A DNA stretch of 35,392 nt from an uncultured Gemmatimonadaceae bacterium (GCA_964629425.1 CAZVSO010000005.1:1-35392), one strand, 5' to 3'. Positions 8,967-17,105 are shown, counted from the stretch's first letter. Translations and numbers: made by a program. The notes: generated from the sequence alone by a model not told the origin.

Positions 8967-9719
8967 ATGCCGGTTGCGTCGCTGGAACAGAAGCTGAACG
9001 CCCTGAAGCGCGAGGCGCGGCGCGACTGGGAGAAGCGCGTGGCGGAGCGGGCGCAGGCCATCCCGGCCCGCCGCGCGATGCCCCGGCCGGCGGCCCTCGC
9101 CACCGCTGTCACGGCGGCGTTCGTGAAGCTGGGGATCGCCGTCGTCCTGCCGTTCGTCGTGCTGGTGCGGGGCGCTGTCGCCCTGTATGGGGACCGGGGG
9201 TGGTCGACCTGGCCGGCGCTCGCGGGCGGTGCCGGACTCGCGCTCGCGGTCGTCACGTTCTACAGCGGCTGGCTCTCCCGCCGGCTGACCGGGCGCGCCC
9301 GGCTGACGCTGGTGGCCCGGTGGGTCGCCCTGCCGCTCGTGGCCTGCTGGTGCGGCTATACGCTCGTCTACGTCGCGAGCGTCAACGCGAAGAGCGAGGC
9401 CGTGCGCGCCGAGTACACCGCGACCCACCCGCTCCTGCGGGTCGCCCTCGCGACCCTGATCCTCGCCGACAGCGACCTCATGATCACTGACCTGCGCCGG
9501 GTGCCCGCGGACTATCCGCGCATGGGCCTCCCGGTGAACGACCGCACCCGGCACTACCACCAGGCCGATGGGTGGGCGCATGCGGTCGACCTGCGGACCA
9601 TCGGGCGCGGGGAGGTGAAGAACCGCCTGGTGCAGGTCTATTTCGAGCTGATAGGCTTCGCCACCCTCCAGCATACGGGCACCGCGGACCACCTGCACGT
9701 CCAGCTGCCGGTCCGCTAG
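8967..9719 (+). CDS. Membrane protein (about 3 TM) with a C-terminal domain carrying LAS/peptidase-M15-like His/Asp motifs (tentative)
   Basis: Hydrophobic segments AALATAVTAAFVKLGIAVVLPFVVLV, WPALAGGAGLALAVVTFYSGWL and WVALPLVACWCGYTLVYV. The C-terminal region reads ITDLRR...RHYHQADGWAHAVDLRT...TADHLHVQL, reminiscent of the H..G.A.D and H.H zinc ligands of D-Ala-D-Ala-carboxypeptidase-like enzymes. The family call is weak. Confidence 0.45.
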   Translation: MPVASLEQKLNALKREARRDWEKRVAERAQAIPARRAMPRPAALATAVTAAFVKLGIAVVLPFVVLVRGAVALYGDRGWSTWPALAGGAGLALAVVTFYSGWLSRRLTGRARLTLVARWVALPLVACWCGYTLVYVASVNAKSEAVRAEYTATHPLLRVALATLILADSDLMITDLRRVPADYPRMGLPVNDRTRHYHQADGWAHAVDLRTIGRGEVKNRLVQVYFELIGFATLQHTGTADHLHVQLPVR

Positions 9720-9836
9720 GTCCTCCGGGCCCGCGCCTTCCCCGGCGGTCCGGCCGGGCCATAAGGACCGTCCGCCATAGCGCCGGGCGACCGCGCACAT
9801 CATCATTGGGCGGGTCGGACATCCCCTGCGGAGCTC

Positions 9837-10280
9837 ATGATGGACTACACCGCCGCCGACTGGCAAGCCGAGATGGGCGCGCTGCGCACGGCGCACGCGC
9901 CGCCTCCCACCTGTCCGCACTGCCGCCGGACGGGCTTCTACGGCCCGCGGCAGGACGAGGGGCACCGCCGCTTTCGCATGTGCAAGTTCTGCGGGTTCAC
10001 CCAGGACGTGGACCAACCCCCGGTGTTCTACGTCGCGACCGCGCACGCGTGCGACGCCTGGCGTCGTGTGGCCGGGGCGCCCTACATCTGGTGGGTGAGC
10101 CCGGCGGCCGAGGCCTACGCGTGCGCGTACTGCCGCTCGAGCGTGACCGTGCAGAGCGCCCGGATCGCGAAGCCGTCCGACGATCCGTCGCATCCGTGGT
10201 GGCAGGTGCCGCAGGGGCTATCGTACAAGGAGTCGCTCGCCTACTGGGAGGCCCAGGGCTACTACCGGCCCTTCATGTGA
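9837..10280 (+). CDS. Cysteine-rich Zn-ribbon protein, uncharacterised
   Basis: CPHC-x19-CKFC forms a four-Cys ribbon, and there is a later CAYC pair. No signal peptide or TM. The TGA stop (10278-10280) overlaps the GTG start of the next gene. Confidence 0.6.
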   Translation: MMDYTAADWQAEMGALRTAHAPPPTCPHCRRTGFYGPRQDEGHRRFRMCKFCGFTQDVDQPPVFYVATAHACDAWRRVAGAPYIWWVSPAAEAYACAYCRSSVTVQSARIAKPSDDPSHPWWQVPQGLSYKESLAYWEAQGYYRPFM

Positions 10281-11548
10281 GCCGATCCATCCACGCCGCC
10301 GTCCTCGCGACGGCCCTCGGCCTGCCGGGAGGCGCCGTGGCCCAGGACGCCGGCGCGACCCCCGCCGTGTTCCGTCGCTTCGCGGACCAGGTCGTGAAGC
10401 TCGAGGTGGTCGAGCGCGGCTCCGGCGCGAAAGCCGAGCTGGGCTCCGGCTTCTGGGTGAGCCCCGACGGCCGGCTCGTGACCAACTACCACGTGATCGC
10501 CAAGCTGGTGCACGACCCGGATCGCTACCACGTCGAGGTGGTGGACCGGGCCGGCACGCGGCGCCGCGGGAGCGTCCTGGCCGTGGACGTGGTGCACGAC
10601 CTGGCGGTGGTCGAGGTCGCGCACCGGCCCCCCGGGTTTTTCCGGCTGGGCGCCGCGCGGATCGCGCAGGGGCAGCGACTCTACTCGCTGGGCCACCCGC
10701 ACGACCTCGGCCTCTCGATCGTCGAGGGCACGTACAACGGCCCTCTGCGGCACACGCTGCACGAGCGGATCCACTTCACCGGGTCGCTCAACCCCGGGAT
10801 GAGCGGCGGCCCCGCGATCACCGGCGCCGGCGTGGTCGTCGGGGTCAACGTCGCGACCGCGGGCAACCAGCTCAGCTTTCTGGTGCCGGTGGATCGGGCG
10901 GCGGCGCTGCTCGCCGCCCAGACGCGGGCGGCCGGCCGGCCCGCCGACAGCCTGCTCGCCGACGTCGGGCGCCAGCTGCATAGCTATCAGGACGAGTATG
11001 TGCGGAGCCTGTTCAGCGGGGCCGACTCCGCGGTCGTGCTGGGCCCGTATCGCCTGCCGACGCAGCCTGCGCCATTCTTCAACTGCTGGGCCGACGCCGA
11101 GCGCGACGAAGACGAGCCCTACGAGATCGTCTATCACGAGTGCTCGACGGACGACTACGTGTTCGTCTCCCGGGACCACTCGTCCGGCTTGCTGAGCATC
11201 GAGCATCGTCTGGTCACGAGCGACCGGCTGAACCGGTTCCGCTTCGCCGCACTCTATACGAATCAGTTCCAGGAGCTGGCCTGGGCGCCTGACGCGAGCA
11301 AGGACGACGTCACGCCGTTCCGCTGCGCCAACCGCAACGTGCGCCGGGACACGCTGACCTTCCGCACCGTGTTCTGCGTCCGCCGCTACCGCAAGTTCGC
11401 CGGGCTGTACGACGCCGTGATGCGTGCGGCGGCGCTGGGAGAGCCCGACCGCGGGCTCGTGACCACGCTGACGCTGTCCGGCGTCAGTTACGCCAACGCG
11501 CGGCTGCTCGCCCAGCGCTATCTGGAGCGCATCGCGTGGGCCCGGTGA
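10277..11548 (+). CDS. Secreted trypsin-like (S1/Trypsin_2-type) serine protease with a ~210-aa C-terminal domain of unknown family
   Basis: GTG 10277 gives the signal-like N-terminus VSRSIHAAVLATALGLPGGAVAQDAG. Catalytic triad context: TNYHVI (His), HDLAVVEV (Asp), GMSGGP (Ser). The C-terminal half (from about SLLADVGRQL) has 4 Cys and no motif I recognise. The upstream 235 codons of the ORF track entry (9572) are Arg/Pro/Gly-rich and rejected. Confidence 0.85.
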   Translation: MSRSIHAAVLATALGLPGGAVAQDAGATPAVFRRFADQVVKLEVVERGSGAKAELGSGFWVSPDGRLVTNYHVIAKLVHDPDRYHVEVVDRAGTRRRGSVLAVDVVHDLAVVEVAHRPPGFFRLGAARIAQGQRLYSLGHPHDLGLSIVEGTYNGPLRHTLHERIHFTGSLNPGMSGGPAITGAGVVVGVNVATAGNQLSFLVPVDRAAALLAAQTRAAGRPADSLLADVGRQLHSYQDEYVRSLFSGADSAVVLGPYRLPTQPAPFFNCWADAERDEDEPYEIVYHECSTDDYVFVSRDHSSGLLSIEHRLVTSDRLNRFRFAALYTNQFQELAWAPDASKDDVTPFRCANRNVRRDTLTFRTVFCVRRYRKFAGLYDAVMRAAALGEPDRGLVTTLTLSGVSYANARLLAQRYLERIAWAR

Positions 11549-12513
11549 TCTTCGTCGAGGTGCTCGATCGCCGGGGACACGTGGCCGCCAGAGCGCGGCT
11601 GGAGACGCTTCCGGCGATCGTGGGTCGAGGCTACGGCAGCACGGTCATCCTGGATGACCGCTACGTCAGCCCGGAGCACGCTCGGATCGCGCGCGACGAG
11701 GCCGGCGCGCTCGTGGTCGAGGATCTCGGCAGCACCAATGGGGTGTTCGACGCGGTCAGCGGCGAGCGGTTGTCCCGCGTCGCCCTGCGGCCCGGCCTGC
11801 AGCTGCGGGTCGGGCGGACCGTCGTGCGCTTTAGCTTCGCCGATCAGCCCGTCCCCGCCGCGCTGCCGGACCCGGCGATCACCGGCCTCGGGCGCGTGCT
11901 GGCCTCCCGCAGGACCGTGCTGGGCGTGTGCGTGGCCGCGCCGCTCCTGGTGGCGTGGCAGTCGTATCTGGGGGACTACGGCCGGGTGAGCTTCGCCGAG
12001 CCCGTGAGCGCGGCGCTCGTCAGCGTGCTGCTGCTCGCCATCTGGGCCGGGGGCTGGGCGTTCGCGTCTCGGGTGTTGGTGCACCGCCCGCAGTTCCTCT
12101 CGCATCTCGCCGTGGCGTCCGCCGGGCTGATCGCCGGCATGGCGCTCAGCACCGTGACCTCCTACGCCGAGTTCCTGCGCCCGTCCCAGCCCGGCATGTC
12201 CGGCGTCGCGGCCGTGGGCTTGGTCGGCCTCGGAGCGGCGGTGCTGTATGGCCACCTGACGCTCGCATCCTCGATGCTGCAGCGGCGTCGCGCCGTGGCG
12301 GCCGCGCTCGTGGCCGTCGCCCTCTCCGGGGTCGCCGAGCTGGTGGAGCAGGCCGACCGTGACGAGAGCGTCGACACCCTCGAGTTCTCGGGCGTCCTCA
12401 AGCCGGTGGGAACCCGCTGGCTGCGCAGCACCTCTCTTGAGTCGTTCCTCGGCGAGGTGGACCGGTTGCAGGCCCGCGCGGATTCGCTGGCGGTGAAGAA
12501 GCGGGAGCCGTGA
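11536..12513 (+). CDS. FHA-domain protein fused to about 5 transmembrane helices
   Basis: FHA signature IVGRGYGSTVILDDRYVSPEHARIARDEAGALVVEDLGSTNGVF, followed by five hydrophobic segments. GTG 11536 or GTG 11545 overlaps the protease stop (11546-11548) by 13 or 4 nt. Confidence 0.85.
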   Translation: MGPVIFVEVLDRRGHVAARARLETLPAIVGRGYGSTVILDDRYVSPEHARIARDEAGALVVEDLGSTNGVFDAVSGERLSRVALRPGLQLRVGRTVVRFSFADQPVPAALPDPAITGLGRVLASRRTVLGVCVAAPLLVAWQSYLGDYGRVSFAEPVSAALVSVLLLAIWAGGWAFASRVLVHRPQFLSHLAVASAGLIAGMALSTVTSYAEFLRPSQPGMSGVAAVGLVGLGAAVLYGHLTLASSMLQRRRAVAAALVAVALSGVAELVEQADRDESVDTLEFSGVLKPVGTRWLRSTSLESFLGEVDRLQARADSLAVKKREP

Positions 12514-12514
12514 T

Positions 12515-13753
12515 CTACGGCCGGTACGAGGGCAGCTCGACCACGTAGGCGTTCACCGTGTTGCTGCCACCCCAGTCGCTGCCGAACAGCAGCCGTGTCC
12601 CGCTGGGGCTCGGTACCACGTGCGGCTCGGCCCAGTACCCCAGCGGGCCGCTTTGCCCCCAGGAGCGGTGGTGGGCCACGCGGCACACCGCGCCCCCCGG
12701 GTTCGTGTCGGCCATGTACAGCTCGTTGTTCAGCACCGCCTGGCCGTCCGGCGTCGCGCCGATGCTCGAGACGGACACCCACGCCGGCCGGCGGTACGCC
12801 ACCGCCGACACGTGCGTACCGGACGGCGGGTAGGGGTAGCCGGTCGCGGGTCCCACGACGACGCGAGCGCGCGCGTCCGTCAGGTCGTGCGTGACGAGCG
12901 AGCCGATGTGGTTGCCCCCGAACGAGACGGTGTTGTAGGTGTCGTGGCCGTTCGCCAGTCGCCCCAGCGAAGCGTGCTCCTGCGGGTTGTCCACGTCGAG
13001 GCTCCGCAGCAGGGTCATCGAGGCGTCCAGCACGTCCCCCATGAGGTAGAAGAGCCCGCCGCTCGGGCCGGCCTGTGGCGCCACGTCGAGCGTCGTGGCC
13101 AGACGCGGGCCCTCCGTCCCCGTCCCGACGTCGTAGGCGAAGACCTCGCGCTGCGCCACCGTTTGCCGGCACGTCAGCCCGATCGCCCGCGAGTCCCAGG
13201 AGGTGAACATGGGGTCGTTGCCACTGGTCACATCGCCCGGGCAGGCGAAGGTGTGTAGCGTGTCCTTCGTTGCCGCCGCCACGTGATAGCGCACGAGCGC
13301 TCGCTGCGAGCGATTCACGTAGTAGAGGATGTCCGGGTCCGACGTGTGCCAGTAGACCTGCTCGAGATCCGCCGGCTCGATGTCGAGGACCCGGATGAAC
13401 TGGTAGGTGCGGCCGTCGTACAGCTCGTGGCGGCCGCCCACGTCGCCGGTGTGGTAGAGGATGAGGTACGACTCGTTCGCGTTCCAGGCGGGGATGGTCG
13501 AGTACATCGGCTTGAGCACGCCGCCGGCGCCGACATCGCTGATCCTCCGGATGGTCGTGCCGAATTCCGGGTCGGTCACCGCCGCGCCGACCGCTGGCCG
13601 CGCCAGCGGGGTCATGGCGTGCGGGTCCTTGTCGGTGACCAGGTTCTGGCAGAGATCGGGCGGCGGCTCGCTCGGCTCCGTGCCCGCGCAGGCGAGGGTG
13701 AGGATCGTTGCCAGCAGAATCTCGCGCGACCGCGAGGGAATCGAAGCGTGCAT
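12515..13753 (-). CDS. Uncharacterised secreted protein or possible lipoprotein, beta-propeller-like composition
   Basis: ATG at 13753 gives MHASIPSRSREILLATILTLACAG, a signal peptide with a possible lipobox Cys. The body has repeated W/Y-containing strand-like blocks. The extra 72 codons in the ORF track (to 13969) overlap yifB and are rejected. Confidence 0.6.
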   Translation of the reverse strand: MHASIPSRSREILLATILTLACAGTEPSEPPPDLCQNLVTDKDPHAMTPLARPAVGAAVTDPEFGTTIRRISDVGAGGVLKPMYSTIPAWNANESYLILYHTGDVGGRHELYDGRTYQFIRVLDIEPADLEQVYWHTSDPDILYYVNRSQRALVRYHVAAATKDTLHTFACPGDVTSGNDPMFTSWDSRAIGLTCRQTVAQREVFAYDVGTGTEGPRLATTLDVAPQAGPSGGLFYLMGDVLDASMTLLRSLDVDNPQEHASLGRLANGHDTYNTVSFGGNHIGSLVTHDLTDARARVVVGPATGYPYPPSGTHVSAVAYRRPAWVSVSSIGATPDGQAVLNNELYMADTNPGGAVCRVAHHRSWGQSGPLGYWAEPHVVPSPSGTRLLFGSDWGGSNTVNAYVVELPSYRP

Positions 13754-13891
13754 GACGGCAGGAGTATGGGCGGAGCGGCGCCGCCGGACGGTGATCGATG
13801 ACCCCTGCCAAGTGCTCGCCTCGCGTAGGTTTTCCCCCCCACGGCAATCGTTCGGTACCGGCTCCGGCGCCGAACGCCCCCATCTTGAATC

Positions 13892-15427
13892 ATGCTCGCC
13901 CGCGTCCGCTCGGCCGCGGTGCTCGGGATTGACGCCTACCTGGTGGACGTCGAGACCGACATCGCCCACGGCCTGCCCACCTTCGTCACCGTCGGACTGC
14001 CGCAGGGGGCGGTGAAGGAGGGGCGCGACCGGGTGTTCGCCGCGCTGGTCAACACGGGCTACGAGTTCCCGTTACGCAGGATTACCGTCAACCTCGCCCC
14101 GGCCGACATCCGCAAAGAAGGCTCCGCGTTCGATCTGCCCATCGCGGTCGGCATTCTTGCCGCCACGGGGCAGATCGCGAGCGAGCGGCTGGCGCGCGTG
14201 GCGGTGCTCGGCGAGCTGGGACTCGAGGGCGCGATCCGGCCGATCCGCGGGGCGCTCCCGGTCGCGCTGGCGGCTCGGCAGGCGGGGCTCGAGACCTTGG
14301 TGCTGCCGCGCGACAACCTGCCGGAGGCCGGCGTGGTCTCGGGGATCCGGGTGCTGGGCGCCTCGAGCCTGGCCGAGCTCGCGGCGTTCTTCGACGGCCG
14401 GGCGGAGCTGCCGGGCGCCGAGGTCGACGTGGCGAGCCTGTTCGCGCAAACGTCGCGCGACGACGTCGATTTCGCCGAGGTCAAAGGGCAGCAGCACGCC
14501 AAGCGCGCGCTGGAGGTGGCCGCCGCGGGCGGGCACAACATCCTGATGGTCGGCCCCCCGGGCTCGGGCAAGACCATGCTGGCGCGCCGGCTGCCGACCA
14601 TTCTGCCGCGCATGAGTCTCGACGAGGCGCTGGAGACCACGAAGATCCACTCGGTGGCGGGGGTCCTGCCGCTCGGCGAATCGCTGGTAGCGCGGCGGCC
14701 GTTCCGGGCGCCGCACCACACGATCTCGGACGCCGGGTTGATCGGCGGGGGAGCCTATCCGCGGCCGGGGGAGGTGAGCCTGGCGCACGGCGGTGTGCTG
14801 TTCCTCGACGAGCTGCCGGAGTTCCGCAAGAACGTGCTCGAGGTGCTGCGCCAACCGATGGAGGACGGGGTGGTGACGATCGCCCGGGCGGCGATGAGCT
14901 TGAGCTACCCCGCGCGGTTCATGCTGGCGGCCGCGATGAACCCCTGTCCCTGCGGTTATTACGGCGACCCGCAGCACAGCTGCTCCTGCGGTCCGCTGTT
15001 GGTGCAGCGCTACCTCGCGCGGGTATCGGGGCCGCTGCTCGACCGGATCGACATCCACCTCGAGGTCCCGGCGGTGAAGTACCGCGCGCTCGCCGAGCAG
15101 GACGGTGCCGAGCCGGGCGAGGCGGTGCGCGAGCGGGTGGACCGGGCGCGGGTGGTGCAGCGGGAGCGCTTCGTCGAGCGGCCGGGGATCTACGCCAACG
15201 CGCACATGGCGCCGCGCGACATTCGCGTGCACTGCCGGGTGTCGGATGGCGCGGACGCCCTGTTGCGGACGGCGATCACCCGCCTCGGGCTTTCGGCGCG
15301 GGCGTACCACCGCATCCTGAAGATCGCGCGGACCATCGCGGACCTGGATGGCGCGGCGGGGCTCGAGCCGAAGCACGTGAGCGAGGCGATCCAGTACCGG
15401 AGTTTGGATCGGCGCAGGGTGGGGTGA
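13892..15427 (+). CDS. yifB: YifB/ComM family Mg-chelatase-like AAA+ ATPase
   Basis: N-terminal Lon-protease-like ChlI domain (SAAVLGIDAYLVDVE...GLPTFVTVGLP, INLAPADIRKEGSAFDLPIAVGILAA). Walker A GPPGSGKTM; Walker B VLFLDELPEF; Cys cluster NPCPCGYYGDPQHSCSC; C-terminal RAYHRILKIARTIADLDG. Confidence 0.95.
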   Translation: MLARVRSAAVLGIDAYLVDVETDIAHGLPTFVTVGLPQGAVKEGRDRVFAALVNTGYEFPLRRITVNLAPADIRKEGSAFDLPIAVGILAATGQIASERLARVAVLGELGLEGAIRPIRGALPVALAARQAGLETLVLPRDNLPEAGVVSGIRVLGASSLAELAAFFDGRAELPGAEVDVASLFAQTSRDDVDFAEVKGQQHAKRALEVAAAGGHNILMVGPPGSGKTMLARRLPTILPRMSLDEALETTKIHSVAGVLPLGESLVARRPFRAPHHTISDAGLIGGGAYPRPGEVSLAHGGVLFLDELPEFRKNVLEVLRQPMEDGVVTIARAAMSLSYPARFMLAAAMNPCPCGYYGDPQHSCSCGPLLVQRYLARVSGPLLDRIDIHLEVPAVKYRALAEQDGAEPGEAVRERVDRARVVQRERFVERPGIYANAHMAPRDIRVHCRVSDGADALLRTAITRLGLSARAYHRILKIARTIADLDGAAGLEPKHVSEAIQYRSLDRRRVG

Positions 15428-15431
15428 GCCC

Positions 15432-15472
15432 TTGAGCGCGGATGCCTCTTTGATGCATATTGGTACATATGC
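15432..15472 (+). promoter_or_regulatory. AT-rich putative promoter/operator of vapBC-1 with leaderless geometry
   Basis: TTGAGC (15432-15437), an 18-nt spacer, then CATATT (15456-15461), with ATG at 15469. Inverted repeat GCATAT (15455-15460) / ATATGC (15467-15472) spans the -10 and the start codon. This is one of very few AT-rich patches in the window. Confidence 0.35.
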
Positions 15473-15681
15473 GCACGACCCTCAACATCGACGACGCGCT
15501 CTTGGCTGAGGCGATGCGGTTGACCGGGATGGGGGAAAAGACGGCGGTGGTCCGGGCGGGCCTTGAGGCCCTGATCGCTCGGGAGAACGCTCGGCGGCTC
15601 GCCGCGCTTGGCGGGAGTGAGCGGGCGCTCCGCCCGGTGCCCCGTCGCCGTCCAGCCTCCAAGAGGCGACCGCGCCGGTGA
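15469..15681 (+). CDS. vapB: Type II antitoxin, VapB family (MRTTLNIDD-type)
   Basis: MRTTLNIDDALLAEAMRLTG..KTAVVRAGLEALIARE is the typical N-terminus of VapB antitoxins paired with PIN toxins. The stop overlaps the vapC GTG (GTGA at 15678-15681). Confidence 0.85.
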   Translation: MRTTLNIDDALLAEAMRLTGMGEKTAVVRAGLEALIARENARRLAALGGSERALRPVPRRRPASKRRPRR

Positions 15682-16040
15682 TCCTCGCCGACACATCGGT
15701 CTGGGTGGACCATTTTCGGCACGCCAGCCCCGCGCTCGCATCCCACCTGATCCACGGGCGGATCGCCTGCCACGCCTTCGTCATCGGTGAGCTCGCCCTC
15801 GGCAATCTCAGCAACCGCTCGGAGATCCTCACTCGCCTGAGCGACCTGCCACAGCTCCCGGTGGCCGGTCACCCCGAGGTGCTGGAGCTCGTGGAGCGCC
15901 GCCGGCTGATGGGGACGGGCATCGGGTGGATGGACGCGCACCTCTTGGCGGCGGTGGTGCTCGCGGGCGCGACGCTGTGGACCCTCGATGCCCCGCTCGC
16001 CCGCATCGCGCGCCGGCTCCGGGTTGCGGCAGCCGGCTAG
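15678..16040 (+). CDS. vapC: Type II toxin VapC, PIN-domain ribonuclease
   Basis: ILADTSVWVDHFR (first acidic residue), FVIGELALG, and a C-terminal WMDAHLLA...TLWTLD pattern typical of PIN/VapC. Confidence 0.85.
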   Translation: MILADTSVWVDHFRHASPALASHLIHGRIACHAFVIGELALGNLSNRSEILTRLSDLPQLPVAGHPEVLELVERRRLMGTGIGWMDAHLLAAVVLAGATLWTLDAPLARIARRLRVAAAG

Positions 16041-16043
16041 GGT

Positions 16044-16391
16044 TCAGCCGCGTCGTCCTGGGGTCGCCCCAGCCCTGTCCGTGCGGCTACCACGGCGATC
16101 CCCAGCACAACTCCTCCTGCGGCTCGGTTGCTCGTGCAGCGCTACCTCGCGCGCGTCTCGGGGCCGCTGCTCGACCGGATCGACATCCACCTCGAGGTCC
16201 CCGCGGTGAAATACCGGGCCCTGGCCGACCAGGACGGTGGCGAGCCGGGCGAGGCCGTGCGCGAGCGGGTGGATCGGGCACGGGTGGTGCAGCGGGAGCG
16301 CTTCGTCGAGCGGCCGGGCGTCTACGCCAACGCGCACATGGCGCCGCACGACATCCGCGCGCACGCCGACACGCTGAGCTGGCAGCATTGA
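16044..16391 (+). pseudogene. Frameshifted internal fragment of a second yifB/comM copy (corresponds to about residues 345-450 of the intact gene)
   Basis: Nt 16073-16362 align with 14942-15232 of the intact yifB at about 89% identity by my hand count, with a 1-nt indel near 16125. Translations PCPCGYHGDPQH... and LVQRYLARVSGPLLDRIDIHLEVPAVKYRAL...RERFVERPG.YANAHMAP fall in two different frames. It lacks both the AAA+ core and the last ~60 codons. Confidence 0.85.
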
Positions 16392-16392
16392 G

Positions 16393-16427
16393 TTGACTAA
16401 GTCATCTAGCTTAGCTAACATGTATCG
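16393..16427 (+). promoter_or_regulatory. Sigma70-like promoter plus palindromic operator of the phd/vapC-2 module, leaderless geometry
   Basis: TTGACT (16393-16398), a 17-nt spacer, then TAACAT (16416-16421), then 6 nt to ATG 16428. Palindrome TAGCT-T-AGCTA (16407-16417) lies within the spacer and -10. There is no Shine-Dalgarno sequence. Confidence 0.5.
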
Positions 16428-16676
16428 ATGAAAAAGCGCGGCCCCAAGTCGTACAACGTTCACGAGGCGAAGACCCATCTTTCCCGCCTGCTCGACCAGG
16501 TGGCGGCCGGAGAGGAAGTCGTCATCGCCAAAGCCGGTGTCCCGGTGGCGCGCCTGGTGCCAGTCGTGTTGCCGGTGGATCAGCGCCCACTGGGCACCGA
16601 GAAGGGCCGCGTCTTCATCGCCGACGACTTCGACGCCCCGCTCCCGGCGGAGGTGCTGAACAGCTTCGAGACGTGA
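16428..16676 (+). CDS. Type II antitoxin, Phd/YefM family
   Basis: YNVHEAKTHLSRLLDQVAAGEEVVIAKAGVPVARLVP is the Phd/YefM N-terminal fold signature. The stop overlaps the toxin GTG (16673). Confidence 0.85.
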   Translation: MKKRGPKSYNVHEAKTHLSRLLDQVAAGEEVVIAKAGVPVARLVPVVLPVDQRPLGTEKGRVFIADDFDAPLPAEVLNSFET

Positions 16677-17062
16677 GGGTCCTGCTCGACACGCAGGTCT
16701 GGCTGTGGATGCTGGCGGCGCCCGAGCGGCTTTCCGAGCCGAGTCGGGCGCTCGTCGTTTCGACGGACAACGAGCTGTTGTTCTCCGCCGCGAGTGCCTG
16801 GGAGATCGCGATCAAATACGCGCTCGGCAAGCTGCGGCTGCCGGAGGTGCCTGGCGATCTCATTCCCCGGTTGATGACCCGCACAGGCGTCACGCCACTG
16901 CCGGTGCACCACCGCCACGCACTGCACGTGGCGACCCTGCCGGCGCGGCATCGTGATCCATTCGACCGCCTGCTGATCGCTCAGGCGCAGCTCGAGAAGC
17001 TGCCGATCCTGACCGCCGACCGGAGCTTCGCGCTGTACGACGTCGAGACGCTGCGCGCGTGA
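16673..17062 (+). CDS. vapC: PIN-domain toxin (VapC family) paired with a Phd-type antitoxin
   Basis: RVLLDTQVWLWML, SAASAWEIAIKYALGKL, and HRDPFDRLLIAQAQLEKLPILTADRSF, the typical PIN acidic residues and C-terminal DP.DR.L.A motif. Confidence 0.85.
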   Translation: MRVLLDTQVWLWMLAAPERLSEPSRALVVSTDNELLFSAASAWEIAIKYALGKLRLPEVPGDLIPRLMTRTGVTPLPVHHRHALHVATLPARHRDPFDRLLIAQAQLEKLPILTADRSFALYDVETLRA

Positions 17063-17105
17063 TCGCCTCGCCAAGCCCGGCCGCCGGGCGCATCTTAGCC
17101 TGCCC

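Noticed and set aside
8868-10193. 441-aa minus-strand ORF spanning the palindromic element and two + strand genes
   Set aside because: The translation is Arg/Gly/Pro-rich without motifs. It runs antisense to ORFs with credible TM, Zn-ribbon and peptidase features.
9572-10276. N-terminal 235-codon extension of the trypsin-like protease ORF
   Set aside because: The extension is low-complexity (RPAAGPLGPPGPRLPRRSG...) and overlaps two better-supported genes. GTG 10277 yields a proper signal peptide and a GTGA coupling junction.
12162-13883. 573-aa minus-strand ORF overlapping the FHA gene end and the lipoprotein gene in another frame
   Set aside because: Arg/Gly/Pro-rich with no motifs. The alternative frame (12515..13753) has a signal peptide and normal composition.
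16128-16391. 87-aa ORF that could be read as a small stand-alone protein
   Set aside because: It is colinear with residues ~371-450 of the adjacent YifB and lacks the ATPase core. Its upstream continuation is in a different frame. It is treated as part of a pseudogene fragment.
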